Below, piece after piece: positions 27,215-39,345 of a stretch of 64,000 bases of DNA. A program made the position numbers and the translations under genes. Where the stretch lies: contig OZ024743.1 of the NCBI GenBank assembly GCA_964016885.1, forward strand, positions 150,660,001 to 150,724,000, given 5' to 3'. A model generated the notes under the pieces. The model did not search any database, was not told the origin of the DNA, and was given only the letters and a program-made list of their open reading frames with translations. Source of the DNA: Eledone cirrhosa. Its lineage: Eukaryota. The number at the start of each line of letters is the position of its first letter. The stretch's first letter is position 1.

Positions 27215-28230
27215 TTGTTTATTATTTATTCTCCTGCAAGCAATAATGGAAAACTTCAAAACTGGCTGTACATGGGAACTTCTATATGCCAATGAATTAA
27301 CTCTCATAGCCAAATCTAGGCAGAATTATAGAAGAAATTCCTGACCTGGAAGCATAACTTCGAATCTAAAGGCCTTAAAATCAACTTGGCAAAGACTAAA
27401 GTCCTAGTAAGTAGAAAGGAAAACAATTTCATGATTCCTTCAAGGAATGGCCTTGCTCTGTGTGCAGGAAAGGAGTGGGTAAAAATTCCATCCGCTGTCC
27501 CAAATGCAAAGTATGGGTACACAAGAGATGTAGCAGGATCTCAGGCAAGCTAGTAAAGATCATAGTTTGTATATGTGGCCAATGCACAGGAGCAGCAAGC
27601 TGCAAGAGCTTACAGCAAACAAGCACTATTAAATGTTCAGAGGATTCAGTAAAAGTAAATGATAGCTTCTGTTACTTGGATGACCAAATTAACAGTGTTG
27701 TGTGTTCCAAAAGTACAATAGCCTGAGTAAGAACAGAAAAAGTTCAGGGAGAGCTACTACCGCTGCTAGCTACAAAATGAAACGCAGATTGTCTGATGTT
27801 TGTATACAAACAGCAATGATGTGTGGAAGTGAGACCTGAGCACTGTGTGTACAGGATCTACAAAGATTGGAAAGAAATGACACTTGCATGGTTTGATGGA
27901 TGTTTAATAGTAGTGTGCATGAACAATGAAGCATCAATGAACGGAGAGAGAAACTGGGCCTAAAAGGGATTGGTTGCAGTGTGCAGGAGAAGAGGCTGAA
28001 GTGGTATGAACATGTAATGTGTTTGGATGATGACAGCTGTATAAGAAGTGCTGGGTGTTCAAAATTGATGGAAGCTATGGAAGAGGAAGATTTAGGAAAG
28101 CTTGGTATGGAGTGATAAAAGCTGACCTTGTACAATTAAACATCTCAAAGGAGATAACACAGGATTGAGATCTCTGGCATTAGGCAGTACTGCAGAAGAC
28201 CTACCTTCCCATACTCATAGGATGAAACAT
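27215..28230 (+). mobile_element. Decayed RTE LINE 3' half
   Basis: CRKGVGKNSIRCPKCKVWVHKRCS motif; parallels 23170-24130. Confidence 0.85.
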
Positions 28231-28526
28231 GTAGATGACACTAGCCTGCAACTAGTGTTCCACTCCTCCACCCCATTCACCTTCCCTAGTCTTAGTACCC
28301 TTGCCCTAACCCCACTCACTTCATCCATGTCCAACTTGTATACTCCCTCCCCTCCCCACCCTTCACACTCCTGTAATACCTCTCCTGTCATGAATGTACC
28401 ATTAAATTGACTTTTTTCTTACTACATACTGCTGAGCTTGTGCTTAAATTAGAAATCATTATAAGAAAGATTTTGTATTGTTACATTACAACTAACAGTT
28501 CTTCTGGAGATTTGCTCTTCAGATAT

Positions 28527-28893
28527 TTGTTTCTACTTTAGGCACAAGGCCAGCAATTACCCAGTTCATTACTGGTACTTTATTTTATCGACCCCGTAAG
28601 GATGAAAGGCAAAGTCAACCTCGGCGGGATTTGAACTCAGATCGTAAAGGGACGTAACTATTGCTTCTTCTTTTTTAAAGCAATAGATAAAGGTGGAATA
28701 AGAAACATTAATAATAATAATAATTGTTTCTACTTTTGGGATAAGGCCAGCAATTATCCCAGTGCATAACTGGTACTTTATTTTATCGACCCCATAAGGA
28801 TGAAAGACAAAGTTAACCTCGGCAGGAATTTGAACTCAGATCATAAAGGGCCGTAACTCTATGCTGCAAAGCATGGTGTCCAACTTTCTGCTG
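28527..28893 (-). mobile_element. Two adjacent tRNA-type SINE copies (28527-28661 and 28723-28893)
   Basis: Near-identical to 17043-17229. Confidence 0.85.
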
Positions 28894-29241
28894 ACACTGC
28901 CAATCCATGCCCTCTTAAGAATATATATATATATACACATAAAGGGTAAAATAGTAATATTTAAATATACATATATGCATATACAAACTTGCATAATATA
29001 TATATATATACATGCACACAGACACTTCAGCAGCATTCTAATAAATATTGCCTGTAGAGTTAATAAAAGTGTGTATACATTTTTTCAGACACCCTGTATA
29101 TATACATATTATACACTGCAATTTATTGTTGAGTTCTCCTTTCCTCAATATTTCTCACACACACATACATATAGCTTTAGTTGTTCAAACAAAAGAAACA
29201 AAACTCAATATATAGGCAGAATGATGAATATTTTATTATAT

Positions 29242-29366
29242 CTGTGAATCTTTACCAGTGACTCGGGGGCCAAGAGTTTCATGCTTAAGAGCCCTTTTCA
29301 AACAGTTTAAAAAGTGCACTTAAGCACGAAACTCCTGACCCTCGAGTCACTGATAGAGCTTCACAG
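29242..29366. repeat. Imperfect 125-bp palindrome
   Basis: ~62-bp arms (ctgtgaa...cagtgactcg...aaac / gttt...cgagtcactg...ttcacag) around a central base. Confidence 0.85.
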
Positions 29367-29547
29367 TTTCAATAATGTGTGTGAGTTTGTATGTGTGTGC
29401 ATATGCACGATATTCGAGAGATTGCTTCTTTGCAGATACTTCAGTCAACTTTTTTCATCTTTCCATCTCTAACTGTATATTACCTGATTTTCTTAAATAT
29501 TATTTATGGTGATTGATTGTTATTACAATCTGTTTTTATTTCTCATT

Positions 29548-29588
29548 GTATCTTCTGATGAAGGACAAGCGTCCAAAACATTGGGACT
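29548..29588 (+). ncRNA. Decayed type I hammerhead ribozyme
   Basis: CTGATGA-aggac aagc gtcc-aAAAC-att-gggac; GAAA is mutated to AAAA and stem I is weak. Confidence 0.5.
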
Positions 29589-29839
29589 CTTTTTCTACTA
29601 TATCACTCATTAGTATAATATATATATATATCTGTATTGTATTATACCGTTTACTTTTCAAATATGCAAATATATTTATATTCTTTTATTTTTTTCTAAC
29701 TTTAATCATTTAACAGTTGTTATGCTAAGGCACCAACCTAAAAGGATTAAATCAATCATATCAACCTCAGTATTTAGTTTTTCAAGCCTGATACTCTTTC
29801 TTATTCTTTTTTCTTGCACTACCTTGATAAGAGGTTTAA

Positions 29840-30050
29840 CCCTTTAGCATTTACATTACTCTATATTTACTATTATATTTTCATGGTAAAAACTTTACTT
29901 CACATAATTATCCCACATGATATTAAATCTATGAGATTTTGATATTATTTATTTTGAGAACAATACCTTAACATCAGTATGAGTGGCTGGTTACAGTAAA
30001 TTTGAACAGAAAATGGTGGGAGAATTCTGGCCGGTTTAAATGCTAAAGGG
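29840..30050. mobile_element. piggyBac-type MITE
   Basis: TIR ccctttagcattta/taaatgctaaaggg flanked by TTAA at 29836-29839 and 30051-30054. A decayed relative lies at 39596-39835. Confidence 0.85.
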
Positions 30051-30407
30051 TTAACCTGAAATATCAGATCCCTTTTTCTCTTCCTAAAATATTTCCAATG
30101 TATACACATAGATTATATTTTGCACCATTTATTTTATCAAACATGTCCTTGTTTTTCACTTTTTGTTTACTCTGTTTTAAACACTCAAGTTTTAAATATG
30201 TGGTCCCTTGTTCTTTTGTATCATCTTTTCAGTCCTTTACCTGCTCCAATTGACTGGCCGGGACCATGGTGGAGCACCGCCACATATACATATAATATAT
30301 AATCACCATCATTATCATTATTTAACATCCATTTTCTCTGCTAGTAATAGTTGTTAGGTTGTTATATATATATATATATATGTTTATATGTATGTATATA
30401 TATATAG

Positions 30408-30825
30408 AGGTGATAAAAGCCGACCTTACCCAATTACACCTCTCAAAGGCAATGACACACGACCGTGACTTCTGGCATCACGCAGTAATACAGAGTACCC
30501 GACCTCCCATGGGTACAAGCTGAAGCATATAGACAATATGCCCCCCCCCCCCACCGCAAGGTGGTCGTGGAGGTGCCACGGCAAAAAAGCACCCAGCCCA
30601 CACTGTAAAGTGGACGTGTAGGCGCCACAAAAAAGCACCCAGCACTCACTGTAAATGAGGTTGGTGTTAGGAAGGGCATCCAGCTGTAGAAATCAAGCCA
30701 GATCAGTTCCTGTATGAGCAAGGCATGGTCAGCTGACCAGACACTGCCCACAACAGGACAACCCGTCTAACCCATGCTAGCGTGGAAGAACGGACGTAAA
30801 ACGGTGATGATGATGATGATGATGA
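30408..30825 (+). mobile_element. Young RTE 3' end
   Basis: Nearly identical to the reverse complement of 42268-42602; (GAT)n tail. Confidence 0.88.
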
Positions 30826-30948
30826 TAGAGAGAGAGAGAGCGAGAGAGAAATACATATATGTATATATATATATATATATATATAAATATATATATATAT
30901 TTTTATAAATATAGTTATATACACACAATCACCCACATACATACATCC

Positions 30949-30981
<33 letters not shown>

Positions 30982-31446
30982 AGTGGGAGAGAGGGAGAGA
31001 GGAAAGAGAAGAGAAGTAATATGTGTAGTTGACAGAAATATATAGCAGTTGCATATACAAAATTAATTTTTTTTAAAAAGAATAACATTTATTTTTTCAT
31101 AATTATGCTTTATTTTCAGCTGTATCATGAGTCATAATAAAAATGGTTAAACATTCTTGCTTAAAGAATCTCTAAATTCTTAAAATAGCTCACTAGGTTT
31201 GATTAAGGAAGCGAATGTACTTTATATATTTCTTTTTTATTGTCCATTTCTTCTAGTTTTAATGTCCATTTTCATCATGTTTATATAGAAAATATATCTG
31301 GGTACTTTACATGATTTCATATATAATGGTAGTAACATAACCAGGAATCAGGTATGTATATACTCTTTATATATATATATATATAATCCATGTATGTATG
31401 TGTGTGCGTGTGTGCGTGTGTGCGCGCACGCGCGTGCATGTGTGTA

Positions 31447-32130
31447 TACAGGGTGCAATGAATATTTTAGGAGATTTAATTATCAGTGTATTACTCTCTA
31501 GAAATTAATTAAAAGTATTTTATTTCTCTCAGGTCCCCCATGGCAGATAAAATGCTAACAAAAGAAATGATAATGCAAGCTGTCATTGTTGCAATAGGCA
31601 AAGAACACAGCAATTTAAAAAGTACAAACTTTCTAAATATTGCACACTCTTTTATACACTAAGTTCAGTTGAAATTGGAACTTCTGGTGGGAATATTTCA
31701 CCTGTATGTATAACAGTCGATCAACAAGATCGCAGACCTCATTCACTTAATGAGTGAGGTGGTACTCATCAAATCAGACCAAGGAAACAATGTTTCCATC
31801 AGTCTTTCCAGTTGCTAATACTATCTACCAGTCACAAATCCACACAGAAGGAGCAATGTGAATCACCCAGGAACTCACCTTCTCTATGTATCAAAGTGGA
31901 AAAACATTCTAAGCATACAAATACTATAAGGATACCACAATTCATCCATCTGGTTCAAAACATTAATGATAATGATCCTGGAAAATCAATAAGGCACATC
32001 ACCAAAGAATTTCAGCTGTCAGAGTAGACTATAAGAACTGGGATGCACGAGGACATTTGATACAAATTGTATGTACTGAGAAGTGGCCAATGAATATTTG
32101 CAAAGACAAAGGAAAGTGATTTTATCTGCA
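31447..32130 (+). mobile_element. Tc1/mariner-superfamily transposon 5' remnant, interrupted by a LINE fragment (~31715-31895)
   Basis: TA-cagggtg terminus; peptide KHSKHTNTIRIPQFIHLVQNINDNDPGKSIRHITKEFQLSE resembles a transposase HTH region. Confidence 0.65.
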
Positions 32131-32167
32131 CCAAGTAGTTTCTTAACTTTACAATCCTTCATGAACG

Positions 32168-32450
32168 TGGCTTTGTGGTTGGGGTATTTGGATCATGATC
32201 GTAAGATCATGAGTACGATTCCTGGTGGCATGCTGTGTCCTTCAACACGGCACTTTATTTCAATCCACTCTGGCAAAAATGAGTTGTATCTGTAATTCTA
32301 AGGGCCAGCCTTGCCACATTCTGTGTTATGCTGAATCTCCCTGAGAACTACATTCTGGGTACGCGTGTTTGTGGAATGTTCATCCACTTGCTGTTCCATT
32401 GATTGTATCAATTAGAATAGTCATCGTTGTAACTGACGGAGTGCCGCCTG
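32168..32450 (+). mobile_element. Second SINE family (tRNA-like head)
   Basis: A/B-box-like head and tgtgtccttc...gcactttatttca core; a similar core is at 50146-50210. Confidence 0.6.
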
Positions 32451-33617
32451 ATGAAAAAAACCTTGACCAAGACCAAAAGTTTGAGAAGTACCAGATGGTT
32501 ATGCACTTCAGGATGCCATCCTTAATAATATGAGTTGATTTTTGATTTAATAGCTTCAACATTGAAGCTGAAAGTTAACTTAATATTAAAAATGGTAACT
32601 TTCTCAACATTTCTAAAAATAGGTTGCATGTAACTATATATATATATGTACATATATATGTATATCATCACCGTTTAATGTCTATTTTCCATGCTTGTAT
32701 GGGTTAGACAGGTAGCTCATGTTATGAGATAAGTCTGGCCAGCTGACCATGCAGTACCTTGCTCAGACAGAGCTGTATTTTGGCTGGGATTTTTACAGCT
32801 GGATACCCATCCTAAGACCAATCACATTTACAGTGTGGAAATGGGTAGCACCGTTATAAGAAGGGTCTTGCCAGTTGGCCGTGCCAAGCCCTTCTCACAT
32901 CAGAACTGTAATTTTGGAGCTGGATGGTTCCATTGTGTGGGAGGTGTAGCCAGTTGGCTGTACCATGCTTTGCTCATAGTGGGGCCATGTAACTGGGTGG
33001 CCCCTGTAATACAAGTCTGGCCAGATGGCTGCGCTATACCTAGCACTTATCAGGACTGTGTGTTGGCTAGTGGGACTGTATTTTTGGATCTGGGTGGTCT
33101 GGCATGTTAGCCTGCCATGCCTTACTCATAGTTGGGCCATGTTCCTGGGTTGTCCTGTTATGAGACAAGTCTGGCCAGATGGCTGTGCCATACCTTGCAT
33201 TTGTCGGGTCACTGCTCACAACAGAGCCGTAATTTGAGCGCTGGGTGCAGCCACTGTGATTGTCATACCACGTGATGATTCTCTCTCCCGATAATTCTTT
33301 CACTGGTCAGGGTCAGTTCAGGAATTCATCTTTTCATTGAGGGGTCTCTTGGTAAGCTGACAACCTCATTGCCCCAGTGCACTTTAGCTACACTCTGGCT
33401 GCATACCAGTCAGTGAAACTGTACAGTTGGGATTTGAAGAAAAAATTAGGTATATTTTGTCTATTCCCTCTACTAAACATACAAATACTATAAGGATACC
33501 ACAAGGTATATTTCCTCTTCACCTTTGTAATTTTCATATAGCTCTGATTAATTGATTATCTATTTAATTCTCTCAGTCATTGAGCAAAATTGGTAAAGGA
33601 GTGACACCACACACATG

Positions 33618-33652
<35 letters not shown>

Positions 33653-33976
33653 ATATTCATAATTATGTTTCTACATGTATATATATCTTATTAATTTGTC
33701 CTAACTCCCTTATGGTCGATTAAAATTTAGGCAAATATTGGCTGTTTCTTCTCGCAAATATGTTACTAGCCAACCTTTACCACTCCTCTGCAATCGTTAT
33801 ATGACATGAGTATTCTCCCACCATTTGTTTGGCAACTTATATACATATATGCATGTGTGCATACATACAAACATCCATATATATATGTATATATATGTGT
33901 GTCTGATGGTAGTTAAGATGCTTCCATAGGTGGTATGCCGGTTGAGCACTCTATGCTCTTACAGAGCAGAGTATGA

Positions 33977-34610
33977 TATAATATAAAACGAAAAATCAGT
34001 GATACATCTGAACTCAATTTATTGTGTGTTACAATTGTTTCACCGGCGGACAGCTCGAGACACGATCATTGTGTGGATCTGTCTGATTCTGGATCCACAG
34101 GTTCGACGGACACTTCTAATGATTTTGGAGCAAATTCTTTCACTGGGGTGTTAGCGTAAAACACTTCATCCTCTTCGCGCGTCCTGTTATTGTCTACGTC
34201 ATCATAATTCTGACCACAGGTATCGCTCGGCTGACCATCAGCTGTCCCATGTCTGCCACACTTCAATGAATTACTGCTGGATTTGGTAGTTCACACATCC
34301 ATGTGCACACTCACACACAATCACATAGATAACGACAGTCGTACGCATGGATTCCCGCTATACACACATATTTAAGGAGAACATATAAACCTATAAACAT
34401 ATGCATACACAGACGCATGCCTACATGCCTATATACATCATCACACACACACACACACAAACACACACACATGCATACGCGTATATATACCCATTCACAC
34501 AAACACGTACAGACATATACATAGACACCCCTCTTTCCTTTTTCCCCCATGCACACACACACACATACACACACGTATCCTTATATACAGGCACAGATAC
34601 ACGCTCGCAA

Positions 34611-34651
<41 letters not shown>

Positions 34652-34767
34652 AACAAGCCCTTTCCCAACAGTGGGTGCTTGTGCACACACACGCACACAC
34701 ACTGGCTCATATACACTCTTACAAATATACGCATATTCACATACATGCCCACGTACACATACAAAGG

Positions 34768-34811
<44 letters not shown>

Positions 34812-34890
34812 AATAGGATATACACACAAAGTCATATAAAGATACACAATGGGTCATACATGAAAGGATGCATCTTGTTATAAACATGCA
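33977..34890 (-). repeat. Left arm of a ~0.9-kb inverted repeat (PLE 3' UTR-like)
   Basis: Reverse complement of 36422-37270; the ORF track shows the mirrored MKCGRHGTADGQ peptide in both arms. Confidence 0.93.
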
Positions 34891-35140
34891 CTTTAGCGAG
34901 AACTATTAGCGAGAACCAGTCAATTACCTCCTTGGTGGAGGTCCATAGGCTGAGCCTAGTTTTGTTTCTAAGTACCGGTAATATCCTGTCTATGATATTC
35001 TTGCTGGTCCTGCCTAGGTCCGGTTTGGAAGGTGCTATTAGCCTAACAGGTAGATTAGTTCTAAAGTCTAAATTTATGATCCTTAATGGATATCCAAGTT
35101 TTTCTAGGTACATATTGTTCTGTCTTATCAGCTATTCCTA
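34891..35140 (-). pseudogene. PLE reverse transcriptase fragment
   Basis: DFRTNLPVRLIAPSKPDLGRTSKNIIDRI...LWTSTKEVIDWF resembles the PLE-type NF.N.P.CRLINP.K.EIG..SK.ILD...QW..T..VI.WF segment. Confidence 0.65.
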
Positions 35141-35757
35141 GCCCAGTCACGGGTTCACGAGATCAGACACCATACCCTGATGACTATATATGCCCCGTGG
35201 GGTAAGTCGAAATAACCCAGGATGCATACCCGACTCTGCACATCACCCTAAGCAAGAACATCGCCTGAGCCGGGACAGGTTGACCCGGATTCCATTGACT
35301 TTCAGTCAAATGCCTTACACCAATAAGACACTATACCTCAACCACAGTGACATACTCCAGTATGGCCGGTCCATGCACCCCCATGCATGTGTATCTTTTC
35401 AATAGAGATTCCATACTCTCCATGTATTCCATTTTGTAACACCTAATGTATTTTCCGTATACAGACCCACGTGTGTATCTCATACTTCTCCTGTGTACTA
35501 TCTCATATGCATACACGTTCCTTCTTTTGTTTATATATGTTTTCTTTTTTATATATTTTCTGCCCGCATTTTCTATGTACGGTCTGCGCATACTATTTAC
35601 TGTAATACCATGAACACCCATTATGTGGCTTTGCGTTAAGATTCCATATGTGGTTTGATCCATGTTTGCAACATAACAACATCTCTGTAGACACATACAA
35701 CTGGGCATACCCTTTCATGTATAGCACACTGTGTATCTCTATGTGACGTTATATGTA

Positions 35758-36290
35758 TCATCATCATCATCATCATCAACGTTTAACGTCCGTGTTCCAC
35801 GCTTGCATGGGTTTGGACGGGGGTTTTCCCACTTGAGGCAAGAGTGATTGTCTTGCTCGCATAGGACTGTCTGGCAGGTTTTCTACAGTTGGATGCCCTT
35901 CCTAACACCAACCACATTTACAGTGTGGGTCTGGGAGGTTTTTACCGTGTTGCCTACACGGCCACATTACAGCATGGACTGTGTGTTTTTTGTCGTGACA
36001 CCTACACGATCTCATTTGTTTCGGCCTGGATGGCGCGGCACCAACATAACTTTACATAGAACGGGGTGGTGTGGATAGGGTGGGGGTGGGGGTGGTGGGA
36101 CGGGGTGTATTTTGTTAGAGATGCCTACTGGCAAGGCGGGTCTTCTCTATTACTGAGTACCGCCAAAGGTCTCGGTCCAGTGACATTGTCTTGGTGAGGT
36201 GTAAGTGTGTGAGGTCGGAGTTTATCAGCTCGTCCCAGGTTTTTCTGGGTCTGCCTATTCCGTGGCTACCGTCTATCTTTATTGCCCTGC
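35758..36290 (-). mobile_element. RTE 3' end nested in the spacer of the inverted repeat
   Basis: (CAT)n tail and ggatgcccttcctaacacc motif; homolog of 4790-5290. Confidence 0.85.
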
Positions 36291-36338
36291 ACTTATATTT
36301 TTAATATATTTTATTTCTTTTATATATGTGTATATATG

Positions 36339-36379
<41 letters not shown>

Positions 36380-36421
36380 ATGTGTATATATATATGTATA
36401 TGGTTATATTGTTTATATATA

Positions 36422-37270
36422 TGCATGTTTATAACAAGATGCATCCTTTCATGTATGACCCATTGTGTATCTTTATATGACTTTGTGTGTATATCCTATT
36501 TGTGTATATATATATATATATGTACCTTTGTATGTGTACATGGGTGTGTATGTGAATATGCGCATATTTGTAAGAGTGTATATGAGCCAGTGTAGGGAAA
36601 GGGCTTGTTTGTGTGTATATATATATATATATATATGTGTGTGCGTGTTTGCGTGTGTATCTGTGCCTGTATATAAGGATACGTGTGTGCATGAGGGAAA
36701 AAGGAAAGGGGGGTGTCTATGTATATGTCTGTACATGTTTGTGTGCATGGGTATATATACGCATATACATGTGTGTGTGTTTGTGTGTGTGTGAATGTGT
36801 GATGATGTATATAGGCATGTAGGCATGCGTCTGTGTATGCATATGTTTATAGGTTTATATGTTCTCCTTAAATGTGTGTGTATAGCGGGAATCTATGCGC
36901 ACGACTGTCGTTACCTATGTGATTGTGTGTGAGTGTGCACATGGACGTGTGAACTACCAAACCCAGCAGTAATTCATTGAAGTGTGGCAGACATGGGACA
37001 GCTGATGGTCAGCCGAGCGATACCCGTGGTCAGAATTATGATGACGTAGACAATAACAGGACGCGCGAAGAGGATGAAGTTTTTTACGCTACTAACACCC
37101 CAGTGAAAGAATTTGCTCCAAAATCATTAGAAATGTCCGTCGAACCTGTGGATCCAGAATCAGACAGATCCACACAATGATCGTGTCTCGAGCTGTCCGC
37201 CGGTGAAACAATTGTAACACACAATAAATTGAGTTCAGATGCATCACTGATTTTTTTGTTTTATATTATA
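36422..37270 (+). repeat. Right arm of the ~0.9-kb inverted repeat
   Basis: Matches 33977-34890; carries GAAACAATTGTA and AATAAA near its end, then (TA)n. Confidence 0.93.
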
Positions 37271-37479
37271 TATATATATATATAGTTTGGGAGGGTCATG
37301 CTGCCAATATATATATACATAAACAAATATTTAAGAGAAAGTATGGAATGAAAGACGATTGCTAGCCAGGTCATTTTTGTGTTGGTCAGTCATATTAAAT
37401 AATACATGTGGAGGGAGTGTTGAGGAAGATCCATAATGACCCAATCAAGTACCAAGCTCTCAAGTACCAATCAACCCAT

Positions 37480-37849
37480 TAGTCGAGCTGAAACAGCCAA
37501 ATAAAAGCTCAACAATAGCAAACCATCTGGGAAGGAAGTCAGAGAGGTAGTAAAAAGAGACAGAATGGAATTTATCTCTGGCCCAAGCAGTATACCTTAC
37601 AAGATATATAAGAAATGTCCATTGCTACTTCAGAGATTATGGTTGATCTGGAGAAAGGAAACAATTTCACCATTTTGGAAGAGAGCAGAAGGCTGTTCTG
37701 TGCCAAAGGAAGAAAACTCTTCAGTCATCACCCAATTTAGAACAATTTTACTCCTTAATGTGGAAGGCAAGATTTTCTCAGTACTGGCAAAAAGAATGAT
37801 CCAAAAGTGTGGGATACCAGGCTTTTCTAGATATCTGGAACACACATAG
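37480..37849 (+). pseudogene. HERO/R2-type non-LTR RT fragment
   Basis: GPSSIPYKIYKKCP...WKRAEGCSVPKEENS...QFRTILLLNVEGKIFSVLAKRM...GIPGFS..LEHT. Confidence 0.75.
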
Positions 37850-38859
37850 GGGAGGTAGTAGAAAGGGCCTCTTGTTGGTTTTGGAGCAGGAGGGAGGATA
37901 TAAGATGGAAGCCAGGAGGTGAAGATGGGCAGTAATTTAACCATCACTGCTGACCACAAGGGAGAGGATGTTACAGTTGAGAGTCAAAATCCCCAATGAA
38001 CATTGGACACTGTCTGATGACTTAACACCTCCTGATCAAGGCTATGTTCACCAAAGATGAATGAATGTTAGGTATCTTCTTGAAAATGTAATTATGCTAT
38101 ACATACATTTGCAGAGTATATATTATCTTCATTTTATTTCCACTTTTTATGCTAAAATAGGTTGGCCTAAAGAGATCAGAGAGACATCATCTTTGTCATA
38201 CGTTCCATATTTGGAATGGCTTCTTCAGCTAGAAGACCTTCTTAATGCCAACCATATTGGGGGTATTTTACAATGGAACCAGCACTAACATTTTACAGAA
38301 TGTACTTAGTGTACTTACACTAACACATTACAGAGTGCACTATGTACACTCTTTCATGGCACCAACACTAAGGAAGTTGTCAAGTACTTATACTGCTATT
38401 CAGGATTTTTATTCATCCACTGCAGGTTAAAGAAATATCTCTACTCCATGTAGTATCTGGTCTCTCACCATATTTACTCTTAGCACCACAGTGCTTGTGC
38501 TCATCTGTGGGTCTTTTGTATTATGGTATATCCTCAGTCAGCTCACTCCAGTGTGATCTTTGCCAAATTCAATTTCTTGAGGTCATTCTTCACAACTTTT
38601 TCTCATTTCTTCCACAAGTTCCATTCACTTCAAACATTTGCCACTCTTTTTATACCACTCTTGTTCTCTTATATATCACATAACCATATCAGCACAATCA
38701 TCTCTCTTGTATGCTACATTCAATACCTCTTATACTCAGCTTTGCCCTAAGTTTACTTCTTTTCTGTCATTCATTTACACTAATATTACACATCCAGTGA
38801 AGTATGCATGTTTCATTTCTTTTTAGCCACTATTTCTAGTGAGTCCTGTGTTACTTTCA

Positions 38860-39345
38860 GTGAGGTGCGACATGCTCTCCACCTCCAACTTAGTTGCTTC
38901 AGCCACAAACCCCTGCATCGCGGCCCGCCTCGCAGAAGAAAGTAAAATAAACAAATACCGAGGTTTGTCCGACTGCTTCCACTTTGCACCAGTTGTTCTC
39001 AGGTGTACTTGGACCCTGTACTGCTGAGCTCCTCCACAAGAGCGGCCCGTCTGAGGAGGGAGCCCCACGAGGTTGGGTGACTGTTGCAGCGGGTGTCACT
39101 GGCCATCATCCGGGGGAATGTTCTTGTCGTCTTGTCAGCGGGGCGCAGCACTTCTGCCCTCTTGCCCTAGGCACAAAGCCAATCACGCTCCCCCTTCACC
39201 CCTCCCCTCTCTTCTGCGACACCAGAGCTCTTGCCATCCCCTCCTTTTTCCCGTTCTTTTTCTTCTTTCTTTCTCTTTTTTTTTCTATATTTCCCTATTC
39301 TTTCTTTCATTTTGTTTCCCCTTTTTTATTATTTTTTATTACTAA
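38860..39345 (+). pseudogene. CRE-like non-LTR element 3' end (restriction-like endonuclease region)
   Basis: AARLAEESKINKYRGL...FHFAPVV and LQRVSLAIIRGN; GC-rich relative to its flanks. Confidence 0.65.

Noticed and set aside
36977-37180. Duplicated 66-67 aa ORF MKCGRHGTADGQ... (also 34066-34266)
   Set aside because: It starts at TTG, has no recognisable domain, and is duplicated only because it lies in the inverted-repeat arms.
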